The notes under the pieces are model-generated. The model saw only the letters and a program-made list of their open reading frames with translations. It was not told the origin of the DNA and did not search any database. Source: an uncultured bacterium (GTDB lineage: Bacteria > Actinomycetota > Geothermincolia > Geothermincolales > Geothermincolaceae). Taken from it: DNA of 64,000 nucleotides. The position numbers were made by a program, and so were the translations under genes. This document shows, in pieces, positions 1 through 8,964 of this stretch. Location of the stretch: contig CAVXXD010000005.1 in NCBI GenBank assembly GCA_963765625.1, positions 191,113 through 255,112 on the forward strand, read 5' to 3'. Each line of letters opens with the position of its first letter. Position 1 is the stretch's first letter.

Positions 1-68
1 ATCCCGCTCCTGGTTTCCGCTTCCCTGAAATCAAGCATCTCGTCGTAAAGACCTTCTTGCACCGGGCC

Positions 69-491
69 TTATTCGGGAGGGGCTTCGGGCTGGATGTCAC
101 GGATGAGGTGGCCAAGCACCCCATTGATGAACTTACCCGACTCCTCGGTTGAGAAGCGCTTGGCCAGCTCGACGCATTCGTTGACGGATACGCTGGGGGG
201 GATGTCCGGCCGGAATTGTATCTCGGCGATTCCCATGCGCAGCAGGCTGCGGTCGATGATGGGCATGCGCTGGATGGACCAGCGGTTGGCATACCCCTCG
301 ATGATCTCGTCTATACGGCTGCTCTGGCCCTCGATGAGGCGCAGCAGCTCAACCGTGTAAGAGGGAAGCCCTCCTCCCCCCGACAGCTCCTTCTGGAGCG
401 ACACGATCAACTCATCCAGTGACTCACCCGTCACTTCCCGGGTGTAGAGGATGCGCAACGCCAGGTACCTGGCTTTTCTCCGTTCTTTCAA
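69..491 (-). CDS. nusB: Transcription antitermination factor NusB
   Basis: 140 aa; NusB-family motifs (ARYLALRILY...VSVNECVELAKRF..GKFINGVLG); sits in the conserved efp-...-nusB neighbourhood. Confidence 0.85.
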   Translation of the reverse strand: MKERRKARYLALRILYTREVTGESLDELIVSLQKELSGGGGLPSYTVELLRLIEGQSSRIDEIIEGYANRWSIQRMPIIDRSLLRMGIAEIQFRPDIPPSVSVNECVELAKRFSTEESGKFINGVLGHLIRDIQPEAPPE

Positions 492-515
492 CCTGCCTTC
501 TCCTCCAGCGCCTTT

Positions 516-863
516 TCAGGGCGCGTTGACCCCGACCACGCTGACGTTTACTTCGCTGACGGAATATCCGGTCATGGCCTCCAGGGCATCGCGGGTAAGC
601 TCCTGAGCCCGGCTCGCCACTTTCAGGGCGTCCTGGCCGTAATCGACGTTAAGGTCGAGGAGCAGGCTCAGTTTCTCCCCCTCGGAAGTTACTTTAACCC
701 CTTTGACAAGGTTTTTCTTTTTCTGGCGGTCTTCCGGGTGGTCCATGCGCAGACCGCTCCCGCTCCCGCCCTCCAGCTTAAGAAGGGCCATCCCGGCGAT
801 CAGTTCCAGTATGCCGGCATGCAGCTTGAAACTCTCCTCTCCCACGACACCGTCCCCTTTCAC
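516..863 (-). CDS. Asp23/Gls24-family alkaline shock protein
   Basis: 115 aa; Asp23-like C-terminus (SEVNVSVVGV); conserved position immediately upstream of nusB as in Firmicutes and Actinobacteria. Confidence 0.75.
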   Translation of the reverse strand: MKGDGVVGEESFKLHAGILELIAGMALLKLEGGSGSGLRMDHPEDRQKKKNLVKGVKVTSEGEKLSLLLDLNVDYGQDALKVASRAQELTRDALEAMTGYSVSEVNVSVVGVNAP

Positions 864-869
864 TAGCCC

Positions 870-1430
870 TCAGGTAACCCGCTCCATGTATTCTCCGGTG
901 CGAGTGTCCACCTTGATAACGTTCCCAGCCTCCATGAACAGGGGCACCTGGACCGTGGCGCCGGTCTCCAGCACGGCAGGCTTGGTGCCCCCGCTGGCGG
1001 TGTCGCCTTTCACTCCCGGAGCGGCTTCCACTACCTCGAGCTCCACGAAGAAGGGCAGCTCCACCCCGATCGGTTTGCCCTCGTACAAGGAGATTTCCGC
1101 CACGGTCCCTTCCTTGAGGAAGCGGACCGCCTCCCCCAGGTCATCCGCGGTGACGGCCATCTGGTCGAAGGTCTCGTTGTCCATGAAATGGTAACTCCCG
1201 CCCTCCTCGTACAGGTACTGCATCTTGCGCTTGTCCAGCATCGCCTGCTCCACCTTCTCCCCGGCGCGGAAGGTCTTCTCGACCACCGCCCCCGTCTTGA
1301 GGTTCTTGAGCCGGCTGCGGACGAAGGCGCCTCCCTTGCCCGGTTTCACGTGTTGAAAATAGACGATGTTGTAAAGGGTCCCGTCCATCTCTATGGTCAT
1401 GCCGTTACGAAAATCCGCCGTCGAAGCCAT
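870..1430 (-). CDS. efp: Elongation factor P
   Basis: 186 aa; EF-P signature (KPGKGGAFVRSRLKNLKTG, GATVQVPLF). Confidence 0.92.
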   Translation of the reverse strand: MASTADFRNGMTIEMDGTLYNIVYFQHVKPGKGGAFVRSRLKNLKTGAVVEKTFRAGEKVEQAMLDKRKMQYLYEEGGSYHFMDNETFDQMAVTADDLGEAVRFLKEGTVAEISLYEGKPIGVELPFFVELEVVEAAPGVKGDTASGGTKPAVLETGATVQVPLFMEAGNVIKVDTRTGEYMERVT

Positions 1431-1442
1431 ATTCCTTCCTTT

Positions 1443-2528
1443 CTAGGTATACTCCATCTCCGTGGGCAGTGAAGTAAGCAGGCGAGGCCCGTCCGGGTCC
1501 AGCCTGACCATGTCTTCCACCCTGACCCCGCCCACGCCCGGCAGGTATACGCCCGGCTCCAGCGTGAAGACCATCCCCTCCCGCAGCCTTTCCTTGCTGT
1601 TGATGCTGAGGTAAGGAGGCTCGTGCACTTCCAGGCCGACGCCGTGCCCCAGAGAATGGGATATGAAGGCGCCAAACCCGGCTTTTTCGATTGTGTCGCG
1701 CGCCAGGCAGTCCATGTCCGCGGCTCGCACACCGGGACGCAGGGCCTCAAGCACTCTTTCCCTGCTTTCGAGAACGGCAGCGTAGGCTTTCCGCAAGCGC
1801 CCGCGCGGCCGCCCCAGCCAGATGGTACGGGTCAGGTCCGCCTGGTAGCCGTTGTACCCGGCTCCCCAGTCAATCAGCAATACCGTGCCCTCCTTCAAAC
1901 GGCTGGAAGTGCTGCGTCCGTGCGGCAGGGCGCTGCGGGGCCCGGACACGGCGATGGTGGGAAAAGCGCGGTCCTCCGCCCCCAGCCTTCTCATGCAGGC
2001 TTCCATCTCCGCCGCCACGTCCCTCTCGCGCCAGGTAAGCAGGTCTTTCTTTTCCAGTAGAGACTTTAGAGCCGCTTCGCTGAGGCGGGCCGCCTTGCGC
2101 ATCAGGTCGACTTCGCCTGCTTCCTTCAACGCTCGGGGCCTGGATGCCCTGCCGGGCATGGCCACCAGCCGCGCCCCGCCCTTGAGCTCCTTTCGCAGGG
2201 CCGAAAGAAAAGCGCAGCTGAGGGCGGCGGGTTCAAAGCCGATACGTCCATACCCTTTATCGGCGCAGACCTTCGCGATGGTGCCGTAGAGGCCGGTTTC
2301 GTATACAATTATTTCCGCTTGGTCCGCTTCTTCCGGCGCTTGCAGACGATAACGCGGATCGGTGATCAGGCATGCGCCCCCCGCGTCCACCAGCGAAAAA
2401 CCGGAGGATCCCGAGAAGCCGGTATAATACCTTACGCCTGGAGCATCGGCAAGCAGGAACGCGTCCAGACGCCGCCCCTCCAGCTCTTCCAGCAGCCTGG
2501 CACACCTGGCATTATGATCTAGCTTCAT
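1443..2528 (-). CDS. pepP: Xaa-Pro aminopeptidase (M24 family peptidase)
   Basis: 361 aa; M24 metal-binding motifs (HGVGLEVHEPPYL, GMVFTLEPG); conserved pepQ-efp pairing. Confidence 0.85.
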   Translation of the reverse strand: MKLDHNARCARLLEELEGRRLDAFLLADAPGVRYYTGFSGSSGFSLVDAGGACLITDPRYRLQAPEEADQAEIIVYETGLYGTIAKVCADKGYGRIGFEPAALSCAFLSALRKELKGGARLVAMPGRASRPRALKEAGEVDLMRKAARLSEAALKSLLEKKDLLTWRERDVAAEMEACMRRLGAEDRAFPTIAVSGPRSALPHGRSTSSRLKEGTVLLIDWGAGYNGYQADLTRTIWLGRPRGRLRKAYAAVLESRERVLEALRPGVRAADMDCLARDTIEKAGFGAFISHSLGHGVGLEVHEPPYLSINSKERLREGMVFTLEPGVYLPGVGGVRVEDMVRLDPDGPRLLTSLPTEMEYT

Positions 2529-2602
2529 GCCCGTATATTACCATAGAAAGGAGCGCGCCTTCCGGGCGCGCCCCTTTTATGGCCGTCTTCGGACATCGTG
2601 GA

Positions 2603-4222
2603 TCACTGAATGACTTTCCACGATTTTACCTGGAAGGGTATGGGGAAACCGGCGACCGGCACGGAAGGCCGGCGATAGGTGATGCCGGTGCCCGTCCAGA
2701 GGGACAGGTCCGCGTCGCGCAACATGATCGAGCCCTTGGCGGTGATCTGTCCCAGGATATCCTTGAAGAACTGCAGGGGATAGTCTACCGCATAATCGCT
2801 GCCGTTGTACCCCGAGTAGATGAAGAGGGTATCCATGGGGGACAGGTTCCAGTCGATGCCGCTGCTGAACCTGACCTTGCCCTGGGCGATAACCTGATAC
2901 TCGCAATTCTCCTCCATCCACCAGCCGGAATTTATGGTGACGTCCCCCAGCGCCACGAACACCCCCTTGGTGTTGGCCTTCAGATCCGTACTGTCGATCA
3001 ACAGGTTGCCCTCGCTGAAACATATCCAGCCGTTGAAGAGGGCCTGGGTGGACTCGTTGATCTCTATGGGGTCAGGAGTGGCGGTCCCGCCGTTGGAACT
3101 ATTCCAGTACTGGGCACTGTCGTCGGAGCTGAAATAGTGCTTCTCGGAATACCCGTTATCCTCCGCCCAGACGTCCTGTATCTTGGCCTGGGCGCGGTAC
3201 CAGTCCCAGTCAGGCTCGGGCAGGACGACTTCGGGCACGATGCTGCTGCCCTGATATTCGCTTCTAGTGCCCAGGATGGTCAGGTAGCCGCCGAGCTTTA
3301 TCCCGAATATCGAGATGGGATTGTCGATATCGGCCGTATCCAGGTCACCTCCGGCGATGCAGTTGCCGTCAATGGTTATGTAGGAAGATGCCAGAAGCCA
3401 TGTCTCGGCGTCCAGGTCTATCTCCCCGCCGGCAAAGACACCCTCCCCGAGGGCCTCGAACTGGGCCGAGTCGAAGGAACTGCCCCCGGTCACCCTCACC
3501 GCCGAGCTGGCGGCTATGCCGGAAAACGCCCTCAGGTGGCAGTAATCCCTGGCGTAGACGTTACCGTTGATCTGCAACCCCACGCCGAAGCCCAGGATCA
3601 GTTTTTCATTGAGAAAATCCAGGTTCCTGCCGTAGACGTTGCCGTTGACCTTGAAGTCCGTGTAGCCCAACAAGCCCCCGGAATCGAGGTATATGGTTCC
3701 GGACTCGGAAAAGAGCACGTAATTCAGGGCATCGAAATACTTGTCGGTCCCTGCGAAAGCCACCTTCTCCTCCAGTTTGCGGGTGAAGGTCGTGCCGTCG
3801 TCATTGGTGTAAGTGCCCGTGGAAGTGATCGTCCAGTCCTTGGAGCCGTTGAGGGGATCGCTGTTTTCGATGGTGGCGATGAAGTAAGGGTTGGCGTCGA
3901 GGCGCGGGTCGTCCGGATCCTCGGGGATCGTCTTTCCGGAAACGGGCACCAGTTCCCTGGACAACTCGGCATGAGCCGCCGATATGCCGCTCTCGGCTGC
4001 GTCGAAAGCCTTGCCGGACGCCATGAGGCCCTGGGCGTTCATCAGGGAGTAGAGGGCCATGATCATTGCCGTAGCGCCCAGAACGGCCAGCATGGAGATG
4101 ATAAAGAGCACCATGACCATGGCAAACCCCTCTTCACTCCGCTCAACTGTCCCCGTCCGGCCTTCTCGAGCCGGCGTCCGCGCCTGCGTGATCCTCTTGT
4201 ATCTTCTCATGTAGCCTCTCAT
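2603..4222 (-). CDS. PilX-like minor pilin / pilus-associated protein (PilX_N-type N-terminal TM segment)
   Basis: 539 aa; basic leader then hydrophobic EGFAMVMVLFIISMLAVLGATAMIMA segment typical of the PilX N-terminal domain; last gene of the minor-pilin operon. Confidence 0.55.
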   Translation of the reverse strand: MRGYMRRYKRITQARTPAREGRTGTVERSEEGFAMVMVLFIISMLAVLGATAMIMALYSLMNAQGLMASGKAFDAAESGISAAHAELSRELVPVSGKTIPEDPDDPRLDANPYFIATIENSDPLNGSKDWTITSTGTYTNDDGTTFTRKLEEKVAFAGTDKYFDALNYVLFSESGTIYLDSGGLLGYTDFKVNGNVYGRNLDFLNEKLILGFGVGLQINGNVYARDYCHLRAFSGIAASSAVRVTGGSSFDSAQFEALGEGVFAGGEIDLDAETWLLASSYITIDGNCIAGGDLDTADIDNPISIFGIKLGGYLTILGTRSEYQGSSIVPEVVLPEPDWDWYRAQAKIQDVWAEDNGYSEKHYFSSDDSAQYWNSSNGGTATPDPIEINESTQALFNGWICFSEGNLLIDSTDLKANTKGVFVALGDVTINSGWWMEENCEYQVIAQGKVRFSSGIDWNLSPMDTLFIYSGYNGSDYAVDYPLQFFKDILGQITAKGSIMLRDADLSLWTGTGITYRRPSVPVAGFPIPFQVKSWKVIQ

Positions 4223-4237
4223 CTTCCATCACTCCCT

Positions 4238-4900
4238 TTATGGGTACACTGCCAGCTGGTTGCGGATGGACACCGATTCAGTTCCTGAGGTGGTCACGTA
4301 TTGGTCGGATTCATACATCCTGTGGCCTTCCGAGCCTGAGCCTACCGCGATCTGGTAGCCGCGCGTGATGGTCATGTTGATCTCCACGCGCTCGATAACG
4401 GTGGTATCGACTACGCCATCTTCTCCGGTTTCGTACGCGGTTATTATTTTGCCGTCCGCATCGTAGTAACTAAAGGCGAGGCTCTCTACGTCAGTGACGA
4501 TGGTTTCCGCGGCTTCCCCTTCCGCCTGGGAGACCTGCAGTTCGGTCCCGTTCAGCGTGAAAGTGATCAGGCGGGTCTGGGTCGCATCGGCATACGCGTA
4601 GAAGCTGACGCTGCTCCCGCCCGGCACGCACCCTCCCGGCACGAAGTAATGGGCCACTCTCATCTGCCAGGTCATCTTATCCATGGCCTGGCGCCATTCC
4701 TGATTGATCTCGGCATTGTACATGGTCGTCCTGGTCAGAGAGACCCCGGTCTGCGAGAAGTTGAAGGCGGCGTAGGTGAGCACGAACAGGAGCATTATCC
4801 CGACCAGCAGCTCGGCTATGGAGAAGGCATCCTCTCGCGCCAGCCGCTCCCGGCAACCTGCCTTGACCGCCTGGAACCTGTTCACTTTCGCGTCTTTCAT
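4238..4900 (-). CDS. PilW-like minor pilin (prepilin-type N-terminal domain)
   Basis: 220 aa; EDAFSIAELLVGIMLLFVL resembles the prepilin cleavage/methylation segment, with Glu at +5 but Ala instead of Gly at -1. Confidence 0.5.
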   Translation of the reverse strand: MKDAKVNRFQAVKAGCRERLAREDAFSIAELLVGIMLLFVLTYAAFNFSQTGVSLTRTTMYNAEINQEWRQAMDKMTWQMRVAHYFVPGGCVPGGSSVSFYAYADATQTRLITFTLNGTELQVSQAEGEAAETIVTDVESLAFSYYDADGKIITAYETGEDGVVDTTVIERVEINMTITRGYQIAVGSGSEGHRMYESDQYVTTSGTESVSIRNQLAVYP

Positions 4901-4913
4901 ATCCTCACTTCCC

Positions 4914-7724
4914 CTACCATGTCTGCCCGCTCGGGTTACCAGAGGTCAGACTCTTTATCGTCCACCGGTTGGTGTACGGCGTAGACTGACTGTCGATACT
5001 ATTCGTCAAGGTGATGTCGTAGTCGCCCGTGCCGGAGTTCACGTTCCAGTTCGGGCTGAAAGAACCGTGGCTGTTCCAGTTCGCCAGTGTGCTGTCGGGC
5101 ACCGTGTAGAGCAGCACACTGTGGTTGACGCGATCGACGATCGCCACATACTGCCCGGTCATGTCCACCCCGTTGCTGCCGTCAGCTTCTATGTTGATAC
5201 TGGTATTGGAGCCCGTAGTGGAGTCGAGAAAACCCTTGCCCTTGAGCATCATCTTGATGTCACCATAACGTTTGCCCCAGGCTTTGGCGGACGCCGTTTC
5301 GACAGTATAGTAGTAGTTGTTCGCGAAAAGCCAGTAGTAATACCTTATGGTCACCGCGCCGGAGCTGGCGGCAAGAAGTGTCGGTGCGCCATATTGCACC
5401 GTGAAGGTCGACCCCACGTACTCCCCTGGCTCGTAAGGGTCCACGACCCATAGTTTATACAGAGTCCCGCCAACCACACAGGGGACCTGGATGAGATTGA
5501 GTTCTCCCGCCACGGTTGTCGTCGTAATGGCCGCTGCCGCTTCCCCGTCACCTACCCCGATCTCGTAACGCGTCCCGGTGCCGTCGTTCTTCTGGTAGTA
5601 GACCTTGTCCGTAGGCAGGAACCCGGTGCCGGTCACCGCCAGCCCCAGGTCGTAGTAGTTATAGTACCAGCCGGAATTAGCACCGGTTGCAGTGTTCCTG
5701 ATAGTAGTGATCGTCGGCTTGTTGCGCACCAGGTAGGCGTATGTCGTCGTGCTGTCCATAACGGCATCCAGATAGGCCTGCTGGTGTGTCACGGTATTAT
5801 ACAGGTACAGCCAGCACTCGGAAGGCGATACCTGCGCGTTGAACCCGTTAAGGTTGAAGTTCGCCTCAATCAGATCGGAGCTCAGGTACTGGATGTCACC
5901 TGCCGCGACGTACTCCGGCAGCGTGCCTCCCCATTCGTCGATAGGCTCCCAGGTCTCAGGGTCGTATCCCACCGACGGCAAGGGCATGTCCACGATTCCC
6001 GCCGCCCCGAGGTAGACCTTTACCTCGTCCCAGTTATCCTGCACGTCCAGGCTCTTGCCCTCGATGGTCAGGTTGTACGTCTTGTTCTTGAAGCCCCAGT
6101 TGCGCCTGAACCCGCCAAAAGCAGTATAAACACTCGTGTCGTACATACGATAGACGCTCAGCTGCGGCTCCTCCACGTCGACATAGAACGTGGAGATACC
6201 CACCCTGTCCCCGAGTTGCCCGACCCTGTCGTAGTCCCGGCAGTTCCAGACCTCGACGTAGTACCGCTGGTAATTCTTGGTCGTGACGACGCCATCTTCA
6301 TCCACCACGGTCTTCTCGAAGGGGTAGTCCCAGCCTTCAGTCGAACGTCCCCTGAGGTTGAACTGGTCGGTGATGGTGTCGCTGTCCGCGCCGCCCGTGT
6401 AATTATTGCCGCTGACGATGCTGGTCGGGGTGGATTGGATGTCTTCCTTGCTCAGGTAGCGGTCCTGGATCACCCTGGTGCGGTCTACGGTACCGTCGGC
6501 ATTGCACCAGACCAGTTGCATCACCGCATAGCATCGCCGCAGGCGGACGGGGTACGTCGCGCTGCTGTTCCAGGCCAGTATGGGATTGCCCTTGATGGTA
6601 GCCGCGAAACTGCCTACACTTCCGGCGACATCCTGGAAATTACCCTCCGCGGTGACGGGGAAGATCTCCCCGTTGGTCTCGCTGCTCACGGCCTCATCTA
6701 TCACGGGTTCGGGGAACTCCACCACGAATCCCTGGTAGAGTATGGCATAAGCCGATTCCTTGTCGAGCCTCACATCCCATCCCCCCGGCTCGGCGTAGCT
6801 GCCGAAACTCGCCCAGGGCATGGTCTCGAGATTGTTGACGCTCGCAAGGTTGACGGACCCCCACAGAATGCCGTCCTGCACCTCGCTGGTATCCGTCAGG
6901 GTGATCGGGATGTCATCGTGACCCTGCATCGTCAAGCAGGCCGTGCTGCTGGCATCGAACCCGTATCCGGTTATCTTCAAGGGTATGCTGTTGACGTTAT
7001 GCGGCGCGGAGTTGGAAGTGGAGCCCTGCTTGCTCGTATCCCCGCCCTGGCTGATAACCTCGATCGCGGATACGCCCAGGTTGGCCTGGGCCTGGGTCCG
7101 CGTCATGACCGACGTGGTCGAATTGCTCTTCTCCGCTCCGTTGTCATCCATGTAGTAAGCCTTCACCTCGAACTTGATGAGGTTGATGGGCATGTTCGTA
7201 TCGTCACTCGGATCGTCGGTATTGGCGCTGGCGTAGGTGCTGCTCTTGCCTTTTGGCCCCCAGTATCCCCACATGGACGCCAGGGTCATGTCGTCATTGA
7301 GGAAGGCCATGTTGACGGTAATGCGGAATTGGGGATAGGGATCCTGATCGTAATCCTTGACCTCGACTTCGTACTGGTCGTCCCACGAGTTATCGAGGCC
7401 CCTGGACCCGGAGACCGCTTCCCAGTAGAAATCGTCCATATCCGTTTCCCCTACTTCTGAGTTGTAGGGCGTGTAGAACGACCTTGACCAGACGATTTCC
7501 GAGTAGTTGCGCAGGCACACCTCGGCCTTGTTCAGGTCCGCGGCCGTGGAAGATAACCTGATGGAAGTACCAAAGAGCTGCATCAGGGGCAGGGTGACCA
7601 TGGTCAGCACCAGCCCGGCTACGAGCACTTCAACGATGCTGAAGCCTCCCTGGTTGCGCCCAGGCGTCATCGTCTTTCTGAGCATCCTTTTCCAGCGCTT
7701 CATCTGTCTCACCCTTCCACTCAA
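4914..7724 (-). CDS. Giant modular type IV pilin-like protein (class III signal peptide + ~880-aa C-terminal module), putative pilus-tip adhesin
   Basis: 936 aa; basic leader ...GRNQG|FSIVEVLVAGLVL with Gly-1/Phe+1/Glu+5. ORF-track start 7724 is TTG; ATG at 7703 preceded by an AGGGTGAG SD is an alternative. Large Ser/Thr/Asn/Tyr/Trp-rich extracellular portion. Confidence 0.65.
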   Translation of the reverse strand: MSGRVRQMKRWKRMLRKTMTPGRNQGGFSIVEVLVAGLVLTMVTLPLMQLFGTSIRLSSTAADLNKAEVCLRNYSEIVWSRSFYTPYNSEVGETDMDDFYWEAVSGSRGLDNSWDDQYEVEVKDYDQDPYPQFRITVNMAFLNDDMTLASMWGYWGPKGKSSTYASANTDDPSDDTNMPINLIKFEVKAYYMDDNGAEKSNSTTSVMTRTQAQANLGVSAIEVISQGGDTSKQGSTSNSAPHNVNSIPLKITGYGFDASSTACLTMQGHDDIPITLTDTSEVQDGILWGSVNLASVNNLETMPWASFGSYAEPGGWDVRLDKESAYAILYQGFVVEFPEPVIDEAVSSETNGEIFPVTAEGNFQDVAGSVGSFAATIKGNPILAWNSSATYPVRLRRCYAVMQLVWCNADGTVDRTRVIQDRYLSKEDIQSTPTSIVSGNNYTGGADSDTITDQFNLRGRSTEGWDYPFEKTVVDEDGVVTTKNYQRYYVEVWNCRDYDRVGQLGDRVGISTFYVDVEEPQLSVYRMYDTSVYTAFGGFRRNWGFKNKTYNLTIEGKSLDVQDNWDEVKVYLGAAGIVDMPLPSVGYDPETWEPIDEWGGTLPEYVAAGDIQYLSSDLIEANFNLNGFNAQVSPSECWLYLYNTVTHQQAYLDAVMDSTTTYAYLVRNKPTITTIRNTATGANSGWYYNYYDLGLAVTGTGFLPTDKVYYQKNDGTGTRYEIGVGDGEAAAAITTTTVAGELNLIQVPCVVGGTLYKLWVVDPYEPGEYVGSTFTVQYGAPTLLAASSGAVTIRYYYWLFANNYYYTVETASAKAWGKRYGDIKMMLKGKGFLDSTTGSNTSINIEADGSNGVDMTGQYVAIVDRVNHSVLLYTVPDSTLANWNSHGSFSPNWNVNSGTGDYDITLTNSIDSQSTPYTNRWTIKSLTSGNPSGQTW

Positions 7725-8269
7725 TATGTGACATTACCCAGTTCGTTGATGCTTACCGTCTTGGATTTACCACCACAACTTATCGTAACCGACGCGGGTG
7801 TGATGTTCATGAGGACGCCCTGAGGCTGGATGACGATGGTAGCTGCGCTTTCGATGCTCAAATCAGACTGGCCATCCAGTAATTTGTTGATGTATTTGCC
7901 GCCCTCTTCGTCATAGGAAACACCGGCGGGCGGTTGTTCCGAGGTAGTGATAGTCGTGCCGTAGGGATCGACATACGAAGTGCTCACCTCGTAGGTGTTA
8001 TTACTATCGTTGAAGGTCAATGTAACCGTGCGATTCTGGTTGACGGCCAGGTTCACCGCATTGTCCATGGCTGCCTTGACCTGTTCGGCCGCGGCGTTGA
8101 GCTGGCTGGTTTCCCGCATGTTCATGTAGTTGAATACCGCGAGGCCGCTGATGATGGAAAGAATGAGGATGTAGGCTATCAGTTCGACCAGGGTGAATCC
8201 GCTTTCTTCCCTGGACCTGGCAGACAGTTTCTCGATCACGTTTTCCTCCCCCGGTTTATATCCAACCAT
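7721..8269 (-). CDS. FimT/GspH-like minor pilin (prepilin-type N-terminal cleavage/methylation domain)
   Basis: 182 aa; ...REESG|FTLVELIAYILILSII canonical G/FTLxE prepilin motif; first gene of the operon; stop overlaps next gene start. Confidence 0.6.
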   Translation of the reverse strand: MVGYKPGEENVIEKLSARSREESGFTLVELIAYILILSIISGLAVFNYMNMRETSQLNAAAEQVKAAMDNAVNLAVNQNRTVTLTFNDSNNTYEVSTSYVDPYGTTITTSEQPPAGVSYDEEGGKYINKLLDGQSDLSIESAATIVIQPQGVLMNITPASVTISCGGKSKTVSINELGNVTY

Positions 8270-8520
8270 TACCTATATTTTACCATTTCGCCTGATAGGC
8301 CTTTTGTGGGTAGACTTGCCTGAAAAGCCGCTCCGTTTCCGCTCTAACCAGTACTTTTATCGTCACGATCACTCTGTTTCCTTTAGCTCAATCAATATAT
8401 AGCAATGCAAAAGCTGTGCAAAGTATGTTACGTTTATGTTACGCTCAAATTATAATACCTGTTCAATGGCGGTTTTATCAATATTCTTACACTATCCCTA
8501 TTATATTAGTATATTATTTC
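8270..8520 (-). promoter_or_regulatory. AT-rich intergenic island, presumed promoter region of minor-pilin operon
   Basis: ~250 bp at ~30% GC inside a ~65% GC genome, directly upstream (minus strand) of the FimT-like gene; no convincing -35/-10 pair resolved by eye. Confidence 0.3.
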
Positions 8521-8964
8521 TTACAGCTTTTTTCCCTGTAATATCGCCTCCAGTGCAAGCAGGTAGGAAAGGTGCCCGAAACCGCTGATCACGCCGTATG
8601 CCGCCGGGGATATCACCGACCTGCTCCGCCACTCCTCCCGGGAGAAGATGTTACTGAGGTGCACCTCCACCACCGGAACGGAGATAGCGCGCACCGCATC
8701 ATGCAGGGCATAGCTGTAATGGGTCAGGGCTCCGGGGTTCAGTATCACTCCCGCATAACCTTCCCGGGCTTCCTGCAGCCAGTCTACCAGGGTTCCTTCA
8801 TGATTACTCTGGCGGATGTCGATCTCGCATCCCAGTTCCTCTGCCCGGCGGAAAAGCCCTTCCTCCATCTCCACCCAGGAAACCAGGCCGTAAAGTTCCG
8901 GCTCCCGCTCTCCCAGCAGGTTGAGATTCGGGCCGTTCAACAGCATCACCTTCAATGAGCCCAC
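8521..8964 (-). CDS. aroQ: 3-dehydroquinate dehydratase, type II
   Basis: 147 aa; type II DHQase motifs (LLNGPNLNLLG, HLSNI). Confidence 0.9.
   Translation of the reverse strand: MGSLKVMLLNGPNLNLLGEREPELYGLVSWVEMEEGLFRRAEELGCEIDIRQSNHEGTLVDWLQEAREGYAGVILNPGALTHYSYALHDAVRAISVPVVEVHLSNIFSREEWRSRSVISPAAYGVISGFGHLSYLLALEAILQGKKL

Noticed and set aside
2372-4288. 638-aa plus-strand ORF, and similar long plus-strand ORFs at 5784-7460, 22684-24138, 27444-29282, 36063-37079, 37686-38828, 41847-43292, 48188-49945, 53580-56258 and 59625-61064, and minus-strand ORFs antisense to the ACAD genes (50927-52021, 52018-53076)
   Set aside because: They lie antisense to well-supported conserved genes. Their composition is extreme (Arg/Gly/Ala/Pro/His/Asp-rich, no recognisable motifs), and such stop-free shadow frames are expected opposite genes in a ~65% GC genome.
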